Shown here one piece after another: positions 49,063 to 61,800 of a stretch of DNA of 64,000 nt; position 1 is the first letter of the stretch; each line of letters opens with the position of its first letter. The notes under the pieces are model-generated. The model saw only the letters and a list, made by a program, of their open reading frames with translations, was not told the DNA's origin and ran no database searches. The stretch spans positions 62,001 through 126,000 of the forward strand of contig CM052816.1 of assembly GCA_028534125.1 (NCBI GenBank). Direction: 5' to 3'. The position numbers were made by a program, and so were the translations under genes. The DNA is from Lama glama (Eukaryota).

Positions 49063-52000
49063 CGTGCGGGGCTGCCAAGGGCAGCATGGGCGTTCCCTCG
49101 GTTTCTGGCCTGGAGCTGGTGGAAGCTGTCACCAGTTGGTCCTTCTCCCTGCTCTTGAACTCAGGGAAGTTTTGTAGGCGGCCAGGCGGGGGGACAGGGG
49201 AAGGGAGCAGCCAGCAGACAGACCCTAGACCAGGCTCGAGGATCGTAAGTGCCAGCCCAAAGGCCTGGCTCCCTGGAGAGGTGGCCACCAGGTCAGCACA
49301 CACGTGAGAGTTGCGGGTGGCCCCCTGCGTGTGCACACAGTGGACCCAGGGGCCTGATTTATGACAGGGCTCCCGCACATGTGTCAAAGGCACCATGTTA
49401 AGCACCAGCATAAAAATAATATATAGGTTACCGCAACGTTTTTATGACCTTCCCTGGCCCTGCCCTGGAATGCCGGGATCCAGCAGGTGAAATAACACAC
49501 ATGTCAGGGGCTACGCGGAACTGGGCGGGTGGGGAGCCTGGGCAGCTGGGACACTGAGGCTGGGCCCTCGTCCTCCTGCGGAGGCAGAACCAGGGTGGTG
49601 TCAGGCACTCCCCTACATGCCAGAGAACCTGCAGCTTGGATCGGGATGGTGCAGGGGTGTGCTGCGGGAGGGGGCTGCCCTCCACCCCACCCCCCAGTAC
49701 GTGCTGTGGGCGGGCTGCAGAGGAAAGCTGCCTTAGAGGGGCCTGTGAGGGCTTCAGCCACTATGGGAACCAGAGGAGGATGAGCCCATGCAGGTAGCCT
49801 TGTCACAGGGAAGCATGGCCCTCGCATTAGTGACAACCTCTGGCTGCAGCAGGGAGGGAGGGTGACATGGGTGATGGGGCAGCTGCAGATGTCCTTGCCA
49901 CGGAAACAGTGAAGATGTATCAGTCAGCTATGGTTAGGAGACAAGCATCCCTGGGTTGTCCCCATCAGGAGGGGCATCCCCACAGGGACAGGTCCCTCAT
50001 CTGTGAGTCAGGAAGGTGCCCAGTGTGTGAGCAAAGCCCTGAGAGCTCCTCGTCTTATACTCATCTCACAGCATCATCTGTCTTGGTGTCTGAGCCAGTC
50101 CAGGTCCTGGAGCCAATAGGAGCTGCCCTTTCCCTCCAGGGCCAGGAGAGCCTGAAGACCTGGCCTGGCAGCTGACAGGGTAGTCAGCCCACATGCCCAT
50201 TGCCCACGCTCCTGTGCCCACTCACTCACCTGCATGCTACACCTCTCTGGGCCTGGGGACCCCTCCTCTGAAGCCTTCCTGAGCTGGCCAGACTGATGCC
50301 AGGTTCCAGCCCTACAGCCACGGGCAGTCTGGTCAGCTCTGGCCACTTGTTCTGAGCTCGCAATGGCCAGCAGAACCTGAATTTGGGGTGCTGCCCACAG
50401 CATGGTCTCACACACTGGGAAGCTCCTGCAAGATTAGGGAGCTGGCCTGGATCACACAGGCAGTGGTGGGTCTGGGACAGAGGCTGGACCTCCTGCCAGG
50501 ACCCACTTGGACCAGAAGAGGGGCTAGCTCTGGAGGGACAAGGGAGTACCATGCACCCCAAGGACACACCCAGCCAGACGGCATGTGTTGGGGGCAGGCA
50601 GGGCTGGTGGTGACTGAGCAGGGCACAGCAGAAGTCTCTGGGGGTGGGGGGAGGATAAATGTGAGGGGTCCCATTCCCTGGGCACAGAGGAAGGGACAGG
50701 CCAGGCAGGAGAATGTGGCCAGCAGGGGCAGGGGGGGCTCAAGAAGCAGCCCCTCACTCTGCCCCAAGACCCTCACGGGGGCTGGTTACAGATGGGCAGA
50801 GTCCAGGCTCTGGCCTCTGCCTGGGAGGGGCCTGGCCTGGCATGGCCCTGGGGGGCTAGAAACCAACAGAACCCCCCATGAGATGGCTGTGACACCAGGC
50901 CAGTCCCTGGGGCCATGGCAGCCTGGGGCCACACACTACACACAAGCCCCTGAACTGCCGTGGTGTCCATCGATCCTGGTGCCCTTCAACCTCTGCCTGT
51001 TTAGGGGCCCCAGGACAGGGAGGCCTCTCTGAGTGTGAGGCATCATTAAGGAGACTGGTGGGGGGAATGGGGGTGTGGATCAGCCTGCCCCAGGACACAT
51101 CAGGCCTTGTGAGGGGTACCTCGTGAGGTGGTCTTGGTGGGGGTCCGGAACACCACAGGACCAAGGGGACCAGAAGCTGGGGGGACCTGTGGGTGAGGCA
51201 GGCAAAGTCCAAGAGCCTACGTGCCAGGGCAGGGGTCCATAAAAGCGGCTATGGGAGGGCCCTGGGGAGAGTCCACAGAAACGTGCATCGTCCCGCAGAA
51301 GGCAGAGTGCCACCTGCCTGGAAGGCGTCTTCACTGAGGCAACCTGAGATGCTCAGCAGCCCCTCATCCATGCCAGGCCTGTTGGCGTCCTGGGGCTGCA
51401 GTGGTGACAAAGCCAACTGGAACTTCTAGCCAAGATGGGGCGGGGCCAGGCCAGACAAGGGGCCTAGCAGCAGATATGGAATTAGGACATCTAATAAATG
51501 CCAAGGAGAAAAAATGTGCCTCTGCACCCACGTGGCCCGCTGTGTTTCCCACAAATGCCATTGTTACATTTCAGGTCGCACACACCATGCTCGACCCTCG
51601 CACCTCCCTGCCAGAGAATGGAGGCTCTCCCGTGAGAGCCCTGGGGGCTAAGTGGCATCTTGGACGGGGGGCATGCTTGGGGCGACCCCTGAGATCAGGC
51701 ACTGAAGGGGACACAGCCTCCACCTGGACCCTGTGCCCTCTCACTCTGCCCCCCGGCCAGGATCCCCACCATGCTGTGAGGAAGCCCAGGAGTGGGCAAG
51801 CCCCACAGGTCCCGGTCTGGCTTTCCAGTTCCTGGGGCCGATGATCGGAGCAGGGATTAGCTGTCCACCAACTCCTGCCCAGTCAAGAGCAAGTAGGGTT
51901 GCTGGGAGGCAGCAGCTGCGTCTTGAGGGTGGGGGTCACATAGCCCCTACCTCGGGCTGGATGGGCGGCAACAGGTGCAGGGCTCTGAGAAGGCCGTGCG

Positions 52001-55000
52001 CACCGCGGAGAGCGCGGGCCTGGACCTGAGCCTGGAGGCCACGGGCAGGGACTCAGAAAAGCACTGTGGCTCTGATCCCAGCCAGCCAGAGAGGGGACTG
52101 AGGAGGAATTCCAGGAATCCACTGGGAGATGGCCTAAAGCTGAAAGAGGGGGAGGAAGGAGGCAGAGGGCATCACAGGACTCCTGTGTGGCTTCTCCTAG
52201 TTCTCCAGGCTTTTCCGGCAGGCAGTGAAGGAATTTTCTTTTTCTGCTTTTTTGAAGTCAAGAGCTTGCGTCACATTTAGGACAAGGAATAAAAACAACC
52301 ATTAACCCCTTAATGGCTCCCCGCCCTCAGGCTAAGGTCGCGATCTGGGTCTGGCTCCCAAAGCTGCTGCTGCCCTCAGGCTTCCTCTCTGTCCTTGCCC
52401 AGGTCTTGTGCCTTCTCCCCCAGGCCTCACACTGGCCTCCAGGCATTGCCCCCACCCTGGGAGACTGGAGGATGGGGATAGGACCCCCACAGAGGCCTGG
52501 GGGAGAAGGAGAAGTCCTGCCCCAGATGTGAGACTGAAACATGAGACATACAGCCAGCATCCAGAAGTCGATGAGAGATAGGACAGGCGGCCCGAGGCCA
52601 TATCTCAGAGCCCTGGGGCAAGCGTGTGGGGCCAGGACCCACAACGAGGGCCAGGGATGCGCTCAGCGACTAGCTTAGCAACCTCTCCACCACAGGGTGT
52701 GGAAAGGGTAGTGGGCCCGGGGGCCATCATAGGTCACTGGGGTCTGTGTCATCAGAGGTCTGTGTGCCTGGACCCAAGGAAGAACTTCTGTGACTCCAGC
52801 TCCTGAGCATGGCTTCTGGTTAGCCAGGCAGCCCCAGGACCCTCAGGCCCAGGAAGGAGAGAGTGGTGTCCAAGAGACACACAGCAGGAAAAGGCTGGCG
52901 GTGGGGGTGGGGGTTGAGGGTAGGAGGGCTGGTATCCCTCCCTGCAGAGACCAGGTGGTTACAAGGCCAAGACCTCGCTCAACATGCATGCTCCTTCATG
53001 AGTCAGACTGTGCCCCTCTGGGGTTTGATGCCGTGGGAGGAAGGTGAGTGGGTGCACAGGGCATTCTCTCAGACCTGGGGGGAGAGAAGAAGGTAGCATT
53101 GCCCCCACACCGCAAGGGCCGTGAGCTGCCTCCCAGTGGTCCTGTCCTCCCAGGCTGCTGGGCAGTGGTTTGGCCTCAGCCCTACCAGGTGGTGAGCCCA
53201 TAAAGCTGGGAGAAGGGAGGAGGCCACATTCCGGCCCTGCTCCCCCCTTTCCTAGGTGAGCCCCGCTGAACACACGCAGGCTTAGTGCGCAAGCCTGAAT
53301 ACAGCGGCGGAGGTGATCCTGGCCGAAGCAAGCATTCCAGCCTCAGCGGCAGGAACCTCCACAAGGGACAGAGGCCTGAGGAAGGCATGTGATGAGCCCG
53401 AGCCAGTGAAGAGCACAGGGCAGCAGGGGGTTGAGCCCTGAGTCTCCCAGTCTGGAATTTGGGGCTTTCCAAGGACCCCTCCTCTCGGCCATGCTGACCC
53501 CCACAAACTCAGGGGGCATTGTCCCAGCCCAGCCAGCACCTCCTCCTGCAGGAACCGCTCTGACCACTTCCTCCTTGGAGCAGCCACCCAGAGATAGGGG
53601 AGACCACTGAGGGTGCAAGGAGTCTATAGTATGGAGTCCGGGAGCTGGGACGTGAAGCTGACCTAGGAGCCAGAGTCCGTGGTGGGACACGTAGGGAGTC
53701 CCCAAATGCCCACACTTCCAGACAAGGTTGAGGGGTCCTCTGGCATCAGGGCTGCTGGCACTGGTCCCCCCCCACCCCACCCCCACCCCCAGCCTCTCCA
53801 CTTACCCACCTCCAGGTCTGAAACATTCACAATCTGGAAACAGCAAAGACAAAACACAAAAACAAGGTGAAAGAAACTGCTTACCCCCAGAGCATCTTGG
53901 ACATGCTTCTCCTGGACATTAAAAATACAAACCCGTGCCTTTGAAACACGGCTTGGGGAGTGAAAGTTTTCTGTGTAAGAAGAGGAGAAAGGGACAGCGT
54001 GGCTGCAGCCTAGAGGCTCAGGACAGGGCACGAGTCAGAGAGCCTGGGAGCACAGACGCCAGTGCCGGTACCCAGGGCGCATCCAGGGCACAGGGCGCCC
54101 GTGATCCCCTCAGGACACAACGCACCCACGCACACACATCTGCCCCCACGGGGTGCAGAGCCTGCAGCTGCATACACACATATGGGGCCCTTCTCTCTGC
54201 TAACAGATTGGGAGGGGGCCACACTCCCATGCTTATGACACATGGGTGTACAAAAGTCTGAGTGCACGTGCGCATCCGTCCAAGAGCCCACACCAGCCAC
54301 CTCGGTGACTGGGAGCGCCTGGGAGCATGGAGGGCAGGAGAACCCTGGGGACCCAAGGAGGGAGGGAGGCCTGGCAGGAGCAGGAGGTGCAGGGGCAGGG
54401 CCCTTGGCCAGGCCTCTCACAAACGGCGCACCCACCCTGGAGCCCCCACGGCCCGGAGACCCAGAGGCCAGCTGTCACATAAGAGCCACCTCTCCTTTGT
54501 GGGTCATGCTGTGCTACCAGTCTTGGGCACAAGGTGCCCATTTCCCTCAGATGGACCACAGAATGCGGACACAGGCAGTTCCCTGGACCTGACTGCCTTT
54601 CTCCCAAATCCAGTTGGAATGGGCCATCCTTGCTGAGACCATCTTGGCCTAGGGGCCACGATCTGGGCCCCCAGCACCCCAGGCAGGGCCCGAGGCTCAC
54701 CCCCACGGCCCCTCAGATTCCTGGATCTCAGCTTCCTCCAGTCTTAGCTGCCTTTCCAGAGAGGGGCTCTGTGGGCAGTGGTGGACACATGAGGCCGCGA
54801 GGAGAACCAGCCCAGGGCTCTGGGCCTCTGGTTCCTGGGCATTCTCAGCTCTGACGTGTTCCTGGCCAGGAGGGCACAGTCCAGCCGGGTCCCCCAAGGC
54901 CTCATTTCTTACATTCCATCCAAAGGCCAGATCTGATAGGTTCTTCTCACTGAGTGTGCCTGGGCCAGCCACCGTAGACCAGCCCCTGCTGGGAGTCTCA

Positions 55001-55209
55001 GTGGCCAAAGGAACTCAGCGTGCAGCTGCCCCCTAAGCCAAGTGCCCCAGAAGCAGTGTCTGAGCTGTCAGGTAGCACAAAGGACAAGACAAAGCATGTT
55101 TTCTAAAGACTGAGGTGAAAGGAAGGACATGGAAGGATTCTGAGCAGCCTTAGCATGCTCCCTCCCCACCCCCAGCTTCAGCTTCCCCACCTGGTGTCCT
55201 GCCATCCAT

Positions 55210-55520
55210 CTGCTCAGTCGTTCATTCGTTCACTAAATGGTTCATTCACTTGATCCCATGCCAGGCCCCAGGGGCTCAGACCCCAGCCTGCCCTGAGGGA
55301 CCCACAGTCAGGCAGACTAGCAGGGACACGTGGGGACAGGCCAGGAGAGAGCAGCATCCAGGGACCTACCAGCATCCAGGGGCAAGAACCTGGCCCTCCC
55401 TCTGGGGAGTGTTGTCAGAACAGGCAGCCCAGGCAAAGGGCATTTGAGATGGGCTTTGCAGAGCAAATAGGAGTTCACAAAGTTGAAAGGGTGCTCTGGG
55501 CAGTGGGGGACTGGAAGGAG
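55210..55520 (-). mobile_element. L2 relic
   Basis: ttcattcgttcact tail, cctgccctgaggga.ccacagtc, and catttgagatgggctttg...aaataggagttcac. Confidence 0.55.
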
Positions 55521-58077
55521 GGCTCCAGAGTCCTGTGGCTGAAATCTGAGCCTGGGAAAAATGGTCAAGTCAGAGTGACTGTCAGAGGGGTCTGGGCAGC
55601 TCCTGAGGGTGGGAAGACAGGAAGGGTCTTCCCTTGAAATCTCAAAAATAACCCTGCTTCCTCGTCTTCCTCTTCCCCTGAAGCCGTGGCCCCTGGCCCA
55701 CCCAGCCACACCACTCAGATGGACCAGCCCTCGCCACAGCCCACAGGGGACACAGAGATGTTGCGTGATGTCATGGCCCTGTCCCACAGAGCCCTCCCTT
55801 AGGGGTCCCACCCCATCACCCTTCTGCTCAGGGGTGGACCTTCTGGGGACCACTGGGAGTCCAGGTGAGTCTCCTTGGCCTTTGGGGCAGCCTCAGGAAT
55901 CCCAGCTCCTACAGAGCCCCCGACTGCACTTGAGGGGGACCAAACAGAGTTCTGAGTCCCACCTACATGGCCTGTCCGCTGGAGCCTCCCTCACCCTGAA
56001 AGTTTCAACATCCTCACCCAGGAAATGGGCAGATGAAGGCCTCCACAAGGGACCATGGAGAGGGCCACATGAGGTACCGGGTGTGGTGCCCATAGCCCTT
56101 CCCTGTCCACCCCCTACCCGGGGCCCAAGTCCTCTTAGGAGGGTGGGTACACAGGCAGGGGCCCTGAACCGCTCCAAGTCAAGAAGCAACAGAGCCAACT
56201 CCGAGCTCACCCTCCGTTTTCATTTATTCCCTTTGGATTCATTTTCCCGGACAGAATAACTCCAATTCTCAAGTATCAATGAACCACATTAATCTTTTTC
56301 TTTAAAAAGTACTGGAATTTGGGGGTGGGGGTGGGCAGGCAGCACAGCACAGGAGGCTTCAACAGAACGCCCATGCTCCATGGCTAGGAACAGTGCAGAA
56401 GACAGAACACACAGCTCTCTGCATCCCCCGTCCTGGGCCCTCGTCAAAAGACAGGCTCTGACCCACCAGGCCCGTAGGCGCCACGCCCGTTGGTAAGGTC
56501 GATGTTCAGTCCACACTCTGAGCAGCAGGGGCCACGGCAACACACGTCCAGTCTCGCTGGAGAAGATGGAGGTGGCTGGGCCAGGCCAGACAGGGCCCAT
56601 GTCAATGCAGGAATTTAGCCCTCTCCTCGGGGTCCAAAGATGGCTGCTGCCCACCGACTCTCATGTCTCTATCCCAGGCCAGAAGAAGGCAATGAGGACA
56701 AAGGCCAGAATGGCTCACAGAGCCTTCCATCTCTCACAGAAGTTTCCCCCAGGCAGGTAGTTCTCCCCCTAACAGCTGCCTTCACCTCTTTGGCCACAGG
56801 GAACCCCCCCAGGGACCCCATGGCTCAAGGTGGGGTGTATGGTGCTGCTCCTCAGTGAGGACCAGGGAAGACCACGGCCAGGACTCAGAATGACACTGGG
56901 GTTCGGGGAAACGTCCCTGAGACACCTAAGTGAAAGATCAAAACGGATGAAGTGAGAGGAGCATTGAACCAGGCCCCTCCCTAGGGAGTCTTTGGGGCCA
57001 CAGACCTGGCAGAGTGCAGCCAAGTCCCGGACAGGAGCTGTGGGAGGACATGGGGACCTGGATTTCCCGGATTTGAGTGGAGCAGGGGCTGTGGTTGGGG
57101 ATTTTCATCAAGCAGCCAAGAGGAAGGAGCACTCCAGTGTGGCCAGGTGGGGCAAGAGTTTGGCAAGACCACCCACTGGGTGCCCACAGCCATGGCAGAC
57201 ACCCCTAGTGGCAACTTGTGCTTTATCTGCTATTATACTGCCCAGGAAGCTGGACCCCAGGCTCCACGGGGACACACGACAGGAAGCCTGCTCACAGGCC
57301 ATGAGCCACCCCCTGAGGTCCCCAGGGGCTGGAGCCAGGACCTGGGAGGAGACAGGGAAGCAGGCTATGCAGGGCCAAGGCTGGTGTAGACATCCTTCTG
57401 CGGGCTCAGAGGCCCAAGCCTGGAGCAGGCGCCGTACTGGGTTTGCCACCAGGGGTCAGAGAAGTAGGTGCCCCTGGGACTTATCACAATGCACAGGGGA
57501 GAGGGTCACAGTGCTGGACCCTGCTCTGATCACATAGCCCTGTAGTTTGAAGAGGGAGCCCTGGCCACGCATACTCCCTCTGCGGGTTCCCCTCCCCAGC
57601 CTCGGAGCCCAAGGACGATGCGGGCCTGCCATGGCATGTTTGCATGCTGCTACTCAGGGCCAGCCAGATGCTGGGGATGAGGGCCTGCCAGCTACTGCCT
57701 CGTTCCAAACCATCTGCCATGTGGTGGGAAATCCCTTATTTCCTGGGCTCAGGAGTGAAGGGCTGAGAGCAGGGTGTGGAAGGGGGGGGACCTTTGCGTG
57801 GGGGCACACAGATGGATTAGAGTGTGGGGCTCGGCCCAGAACTCCATGTCCAGCTGACCCTGCCCTTCCCCGCAGTCCCCACAGCCATGGGAAGCTCCTC
57901 ACCCCCCAGAGCAGCACACGGTACTGGGGGAACCATCGCCCACTTCTGCTCGGCCAAGACCAGACTCACATGGGGTGAGGCTCGGGTAGAAGCAAGACCA
58001 TGTCCTTCCTCCGGGCTGAGTGGTCCCCAGACAGGCTGTTCCCAAGGGCTCACTGCCAGCCTCATAGCAGTCCGGAA

Positions 58078-58282
58078 GATGAATGAATGAGCGGATGAAC
58101 AAACAGATGAATGAAAGAACGGGTACACGGATGGGTGGACGAATGAACGAATGAGTAGGTAGATGAATGAGTGGACAAATGAGTGGGTGAATGAACAAAT
58201 GAATGAAAAAAATGAGTGAATGATTGGATGAATAAATGAATGCATGAATGAATGAGTGAACGAACAAATGGATGAATGAACA
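58078..58282 (+). repeat. degenerate (TGAA/TGGA)n tract
   Basis: Direct reading; possibly an expanded L2 tail. Confidence 0.85.
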
Positions 58283-60387
58283 AAGGAGCGGGGCATCTGC
58301 TCAGTGGGGGATAAAACATCTGCTCCTTCGCAAACACCTTCTGGCACAAGGGGTCAGGGTGGCTTACAAGTGCGGGCCAGCAGGAAGGCCGGCTTCTTTT
58401 CTGAGGAGCACCCAGGGACACGCCCTGCAGGAGATTTGAGCCCCCACCTGCAGCCCAGGCCTCTTTCCTCCCAGTCCCGGACCCCTCCATGCACACCCGT
58501 GGGTCTCCTTCCTCACCCGTTGACCCTGAGTGGGGCGGCAGGAGGTAGCAGAGTCAACCATCACCAGCCCTGGGACTTCATGCATGGCAAACCTCCCGGT
58601 GCCTTATCTTCCCCACTCGTGAAGTGGGTCCAAGTAATATCCTCCTCTGGGGTCGCTATAGGGCCTGAACAGGGTGGTGTGCACACACACAGCGCATGCA
58701 CATATGTACACACAGCCATGCAGCCACACGCAGAATCATGAAACTCTACACAGAACTACAAAGCCACACGTGGAACCGTGAAACCGTATACAGGACCACG
58801 ACATTGCACATGACCACACTTACTTCAGTCAAGAGAACCTTGCACACAAACCACACATTCACATGCACACACATCAGAGAACTCAGTGTTCCTCAGCATC
58901 CAAGGCAGGGACCCAGCACAGCCCCAAAGAGTGTGGTCAGGTCTCCCAGTGTGTCCTGACCCAGCCAGTTCCCTCTGCTATGCCTTCCTGGGGCTCACCC
59001 CTCTGTGAGGCAGTTGGACTGTCTCTGTGATTCCCTCCTCCAGGAAGCCCTCTCTGATTGCCCAGGAGGAGGTGAGATCTAGGTCTCCCAGATGTAGATG
59101 GCAGCAGTAACTAGTGTGGAACTGGGGTAATGAACCTGCTCTGGGCTGTGCAAGCAGCACCAAGGTTTCCCACCACCAACAGCTCAATAGAAGCATTCCT
59201 AGGGCCCTGCCCCAGGTAGACAGGGCTGCCCTGTGCCTTCATACAAGGTGGGCAAGGGGGTTCCCCAGGGGCCAGGATGCTGGACCAAGCAGTGTGTGGC
59301 CATGTGCTCTCTGAGGCAGACTGGAATCTCAGTCCTTATGGCCTGTCCCCCGGAATCTCGGGATCTGAGCCGCCCAAAGATCTCTCCCCAACCTCAGGGC
59401 CAGCAGCGTGGAAGACAGGGCATCCCAAGGTTGTGGCCTCTCCACAGCTCCCATGGAGATGTAAATGAAGAGTGTGGGCCTGCCCAGAGGCAGAGGGAGC
59501 AGGCAATCTGCCCCTGCCTTGCTGGCCCCTGCGCTCAGCAGATGGAGCCAGCACAGAATCCCCTGCATCCACTGCTCCGGGACAGGGGTCCTCTGGGCTG
59601 CAGCCCCTTGGTTCCCCTCTGCAGGAGGACCCTCCCTCAGCAGCATCATAGGAGTCCACGAGGCCAAGGGGGACACTGGCTGAGCACAGGCCCAGCTTAT
59701 CTGGGGAGCCTTCCATCTGAGGGAGGACCTTGAGGTGACAGGAGAGAGACACCGAGGCTGCCACACAGTGGGGAAAGGCATCCTTGAGCCGAAGGTGGGC
59801 CCAGAGAGGAGGCTAGAAGCAAGAACCTACTGGCACAGAGCTCAAAGGGCAGCTTGTCCGCCAGGGAGCTCCAGCCTGCATGGAGCCTGCGACAGAGGCC
59901 CCTCTGTCTGCAGTCAGCCCAGATCTACTGACCACGTCCTGGGGCCCACAGCAAGCCAGGCCTGGGCACTGAGCAGAAGACAGACGGACAGTCAGATGGA
60001 CCATTGTGTGATGAAGGCATGGTTTCTCTCTGGCCAAGTGTAGATGAGCAGGGTGTGCGGGGGTGTGGACTGGTAGGGGTGGGTGGATGAGTGAATGGGG
60101 TGGGGAGTGCGGTGTGAGTTGGGGCGGCTAGCGGGTGGGAGCTGGGTAGCGGGTGGATGGATGAATGAATCGCTGGGAGATGGACAGATGGGGGCTGTTG
60201 GAGGTCCCCACTGTCTGGGAGCATCAAAGCTTTCACTGGGGGTTAGGCGGATGGGTGGGGGCACAAAGGCCCGTCCTTGTCCTCTCCAAGGGGCACAGAT
60301 GCACCTGCCATCTCCCACCCTGTCTACCTCCAGCTCCTCTCAGAGTTTTTGGACCTATGTCAGTATCTGACTCACCATGCAGGTGCT

Positions 60388-60500
60388 CCTGCACACACAC
60401 ATGCACACAGGCTGCTGTGCGGCACACACGTGCATATTCACATGTGTGCACAAAAGCTCTCACAGCACGTACACACAAGTATGCACACATGCACACACAG
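60388..60500 (+). repeat. degenerate CA/TG alternating tract
   Basis: gcacacacacatgcacac...cacgtgcatattcacatgtgtgcac... Confidence 0.75.
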
Positions 60501-61734
60501 GTACAGGACCCCATTCCATCTCGGCCCACCACCCCGCTCCCAGACCCAGCCTCTTTGTCTGTTGCCTCCTCTGCCTGCCTTGGGATACCTGTCCCGCAAA
60601 CTCTATGAGCATCTTTTGCACTAATTTCTGTGCCAGTACTCAGTACCATGGACTCTAGTGAGGGCGGGGGGTGGCAGAGAAGGAGAGGGAGGAAAAGAGC
60701 CCCACAGGGGAGGGGGTCAGGCAGGGGAGGCCGCCAGCCGTCAACACCCACGTGCTGCACGAACAGACGGATCACAGGATGGCCCAGCCCCTGCCTGAGC
60801 CGCTAGTGCAGGGAGACAAGTTGGGGGATAAAAGGACCCAGTCCTGGGTGGGAGACAGGAGCATAGGGCCTGGGGCTCCTCCTAGACCCATGAGTGATGG
60901 GCAGACCTCATGAGTCTACTCTCCCAGCCCACTTCCTCAGGGGCCCCTCCCCACATCCCGATGAGGACCAGGCCACTGTCACCACCCTGTCACCTCGGCT
61001 TCCCCTGGTTATGCTTCCTGGGGCAGCACCACCTGGCCCATCATTTGCTTGCTCTGTCTGACTCTCCATCTCTCCCTCTCTATCTCTTTATTTCTCTCTC
61101 TCTCTCTCTGTCTCCTGAAATTCTCCTCCCCTCCTAAGGACCGTGGCGGGGGGTGAAGGGTGGTGGCCCACAGCTCCACGTGATGCTCTGTCGTTGCCGC
61201 AAATTTCCCTTTATCCAAGGTCCAGACCCCAGGCATTCAGCACAGAAGGAGGGCACAATCTGCCCTGAACATAAGGAACCCAAATTCCACTGAGTGGGAA
61301 GGGCAGCTTTGCGCAGTGAAAGTATCTTAGCCAACGAGGTTTATCCGAGGCGCTTTATTGCTAATTGAGTGGGAGGGGCAACAATCCACCCACGGCTGTG
61401 GAAACAAGGAGAGCCCCTCTGTGGTACCCCCACGCTGAGGCCACCCTCTCAACTGTGGGTTCCGTGACCCGAGAACACAAACATTATAGCCGTCAGCACG
61501 GAGGGCACATGGGGTGACCACATGTCCTTGGTTCCCCCCTCCCAAGCGTCCTTGTGCCTGTGGGATCACCATTCTTGGCATTTTTCTTGAGTAACTTATT
61601 CCTTTGCTCTTGGGTCTCAGTCACTGTCTAGAATGTACCCGTGGTTGGGTCTGGCATGAGGCTAGTTGTCTGGTCTCCCGTTCTCTGAGTTGCCTCAGCT
61701 GATCACCACGGTCTTTGCTCAGTCACAGGCACCT

Positions 61735-61800
61735 GTGGCCTTGGGCCTCAGTTTTCACCTCTACAAAATGGGAACAGAAACCTCTGCATTGCAGCCTGGA
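61735..61800 (+). mobile_element. MIR relic
   Basis: tgggcctcagttttcacctctacaaaatggga. Confidence 0.6.

Noticed and set aside
57817..58347. His/Ser/Phe-rich minus-strand ORFs
   Set aside because: Translations of the (TTCA)n low-complexity tract.
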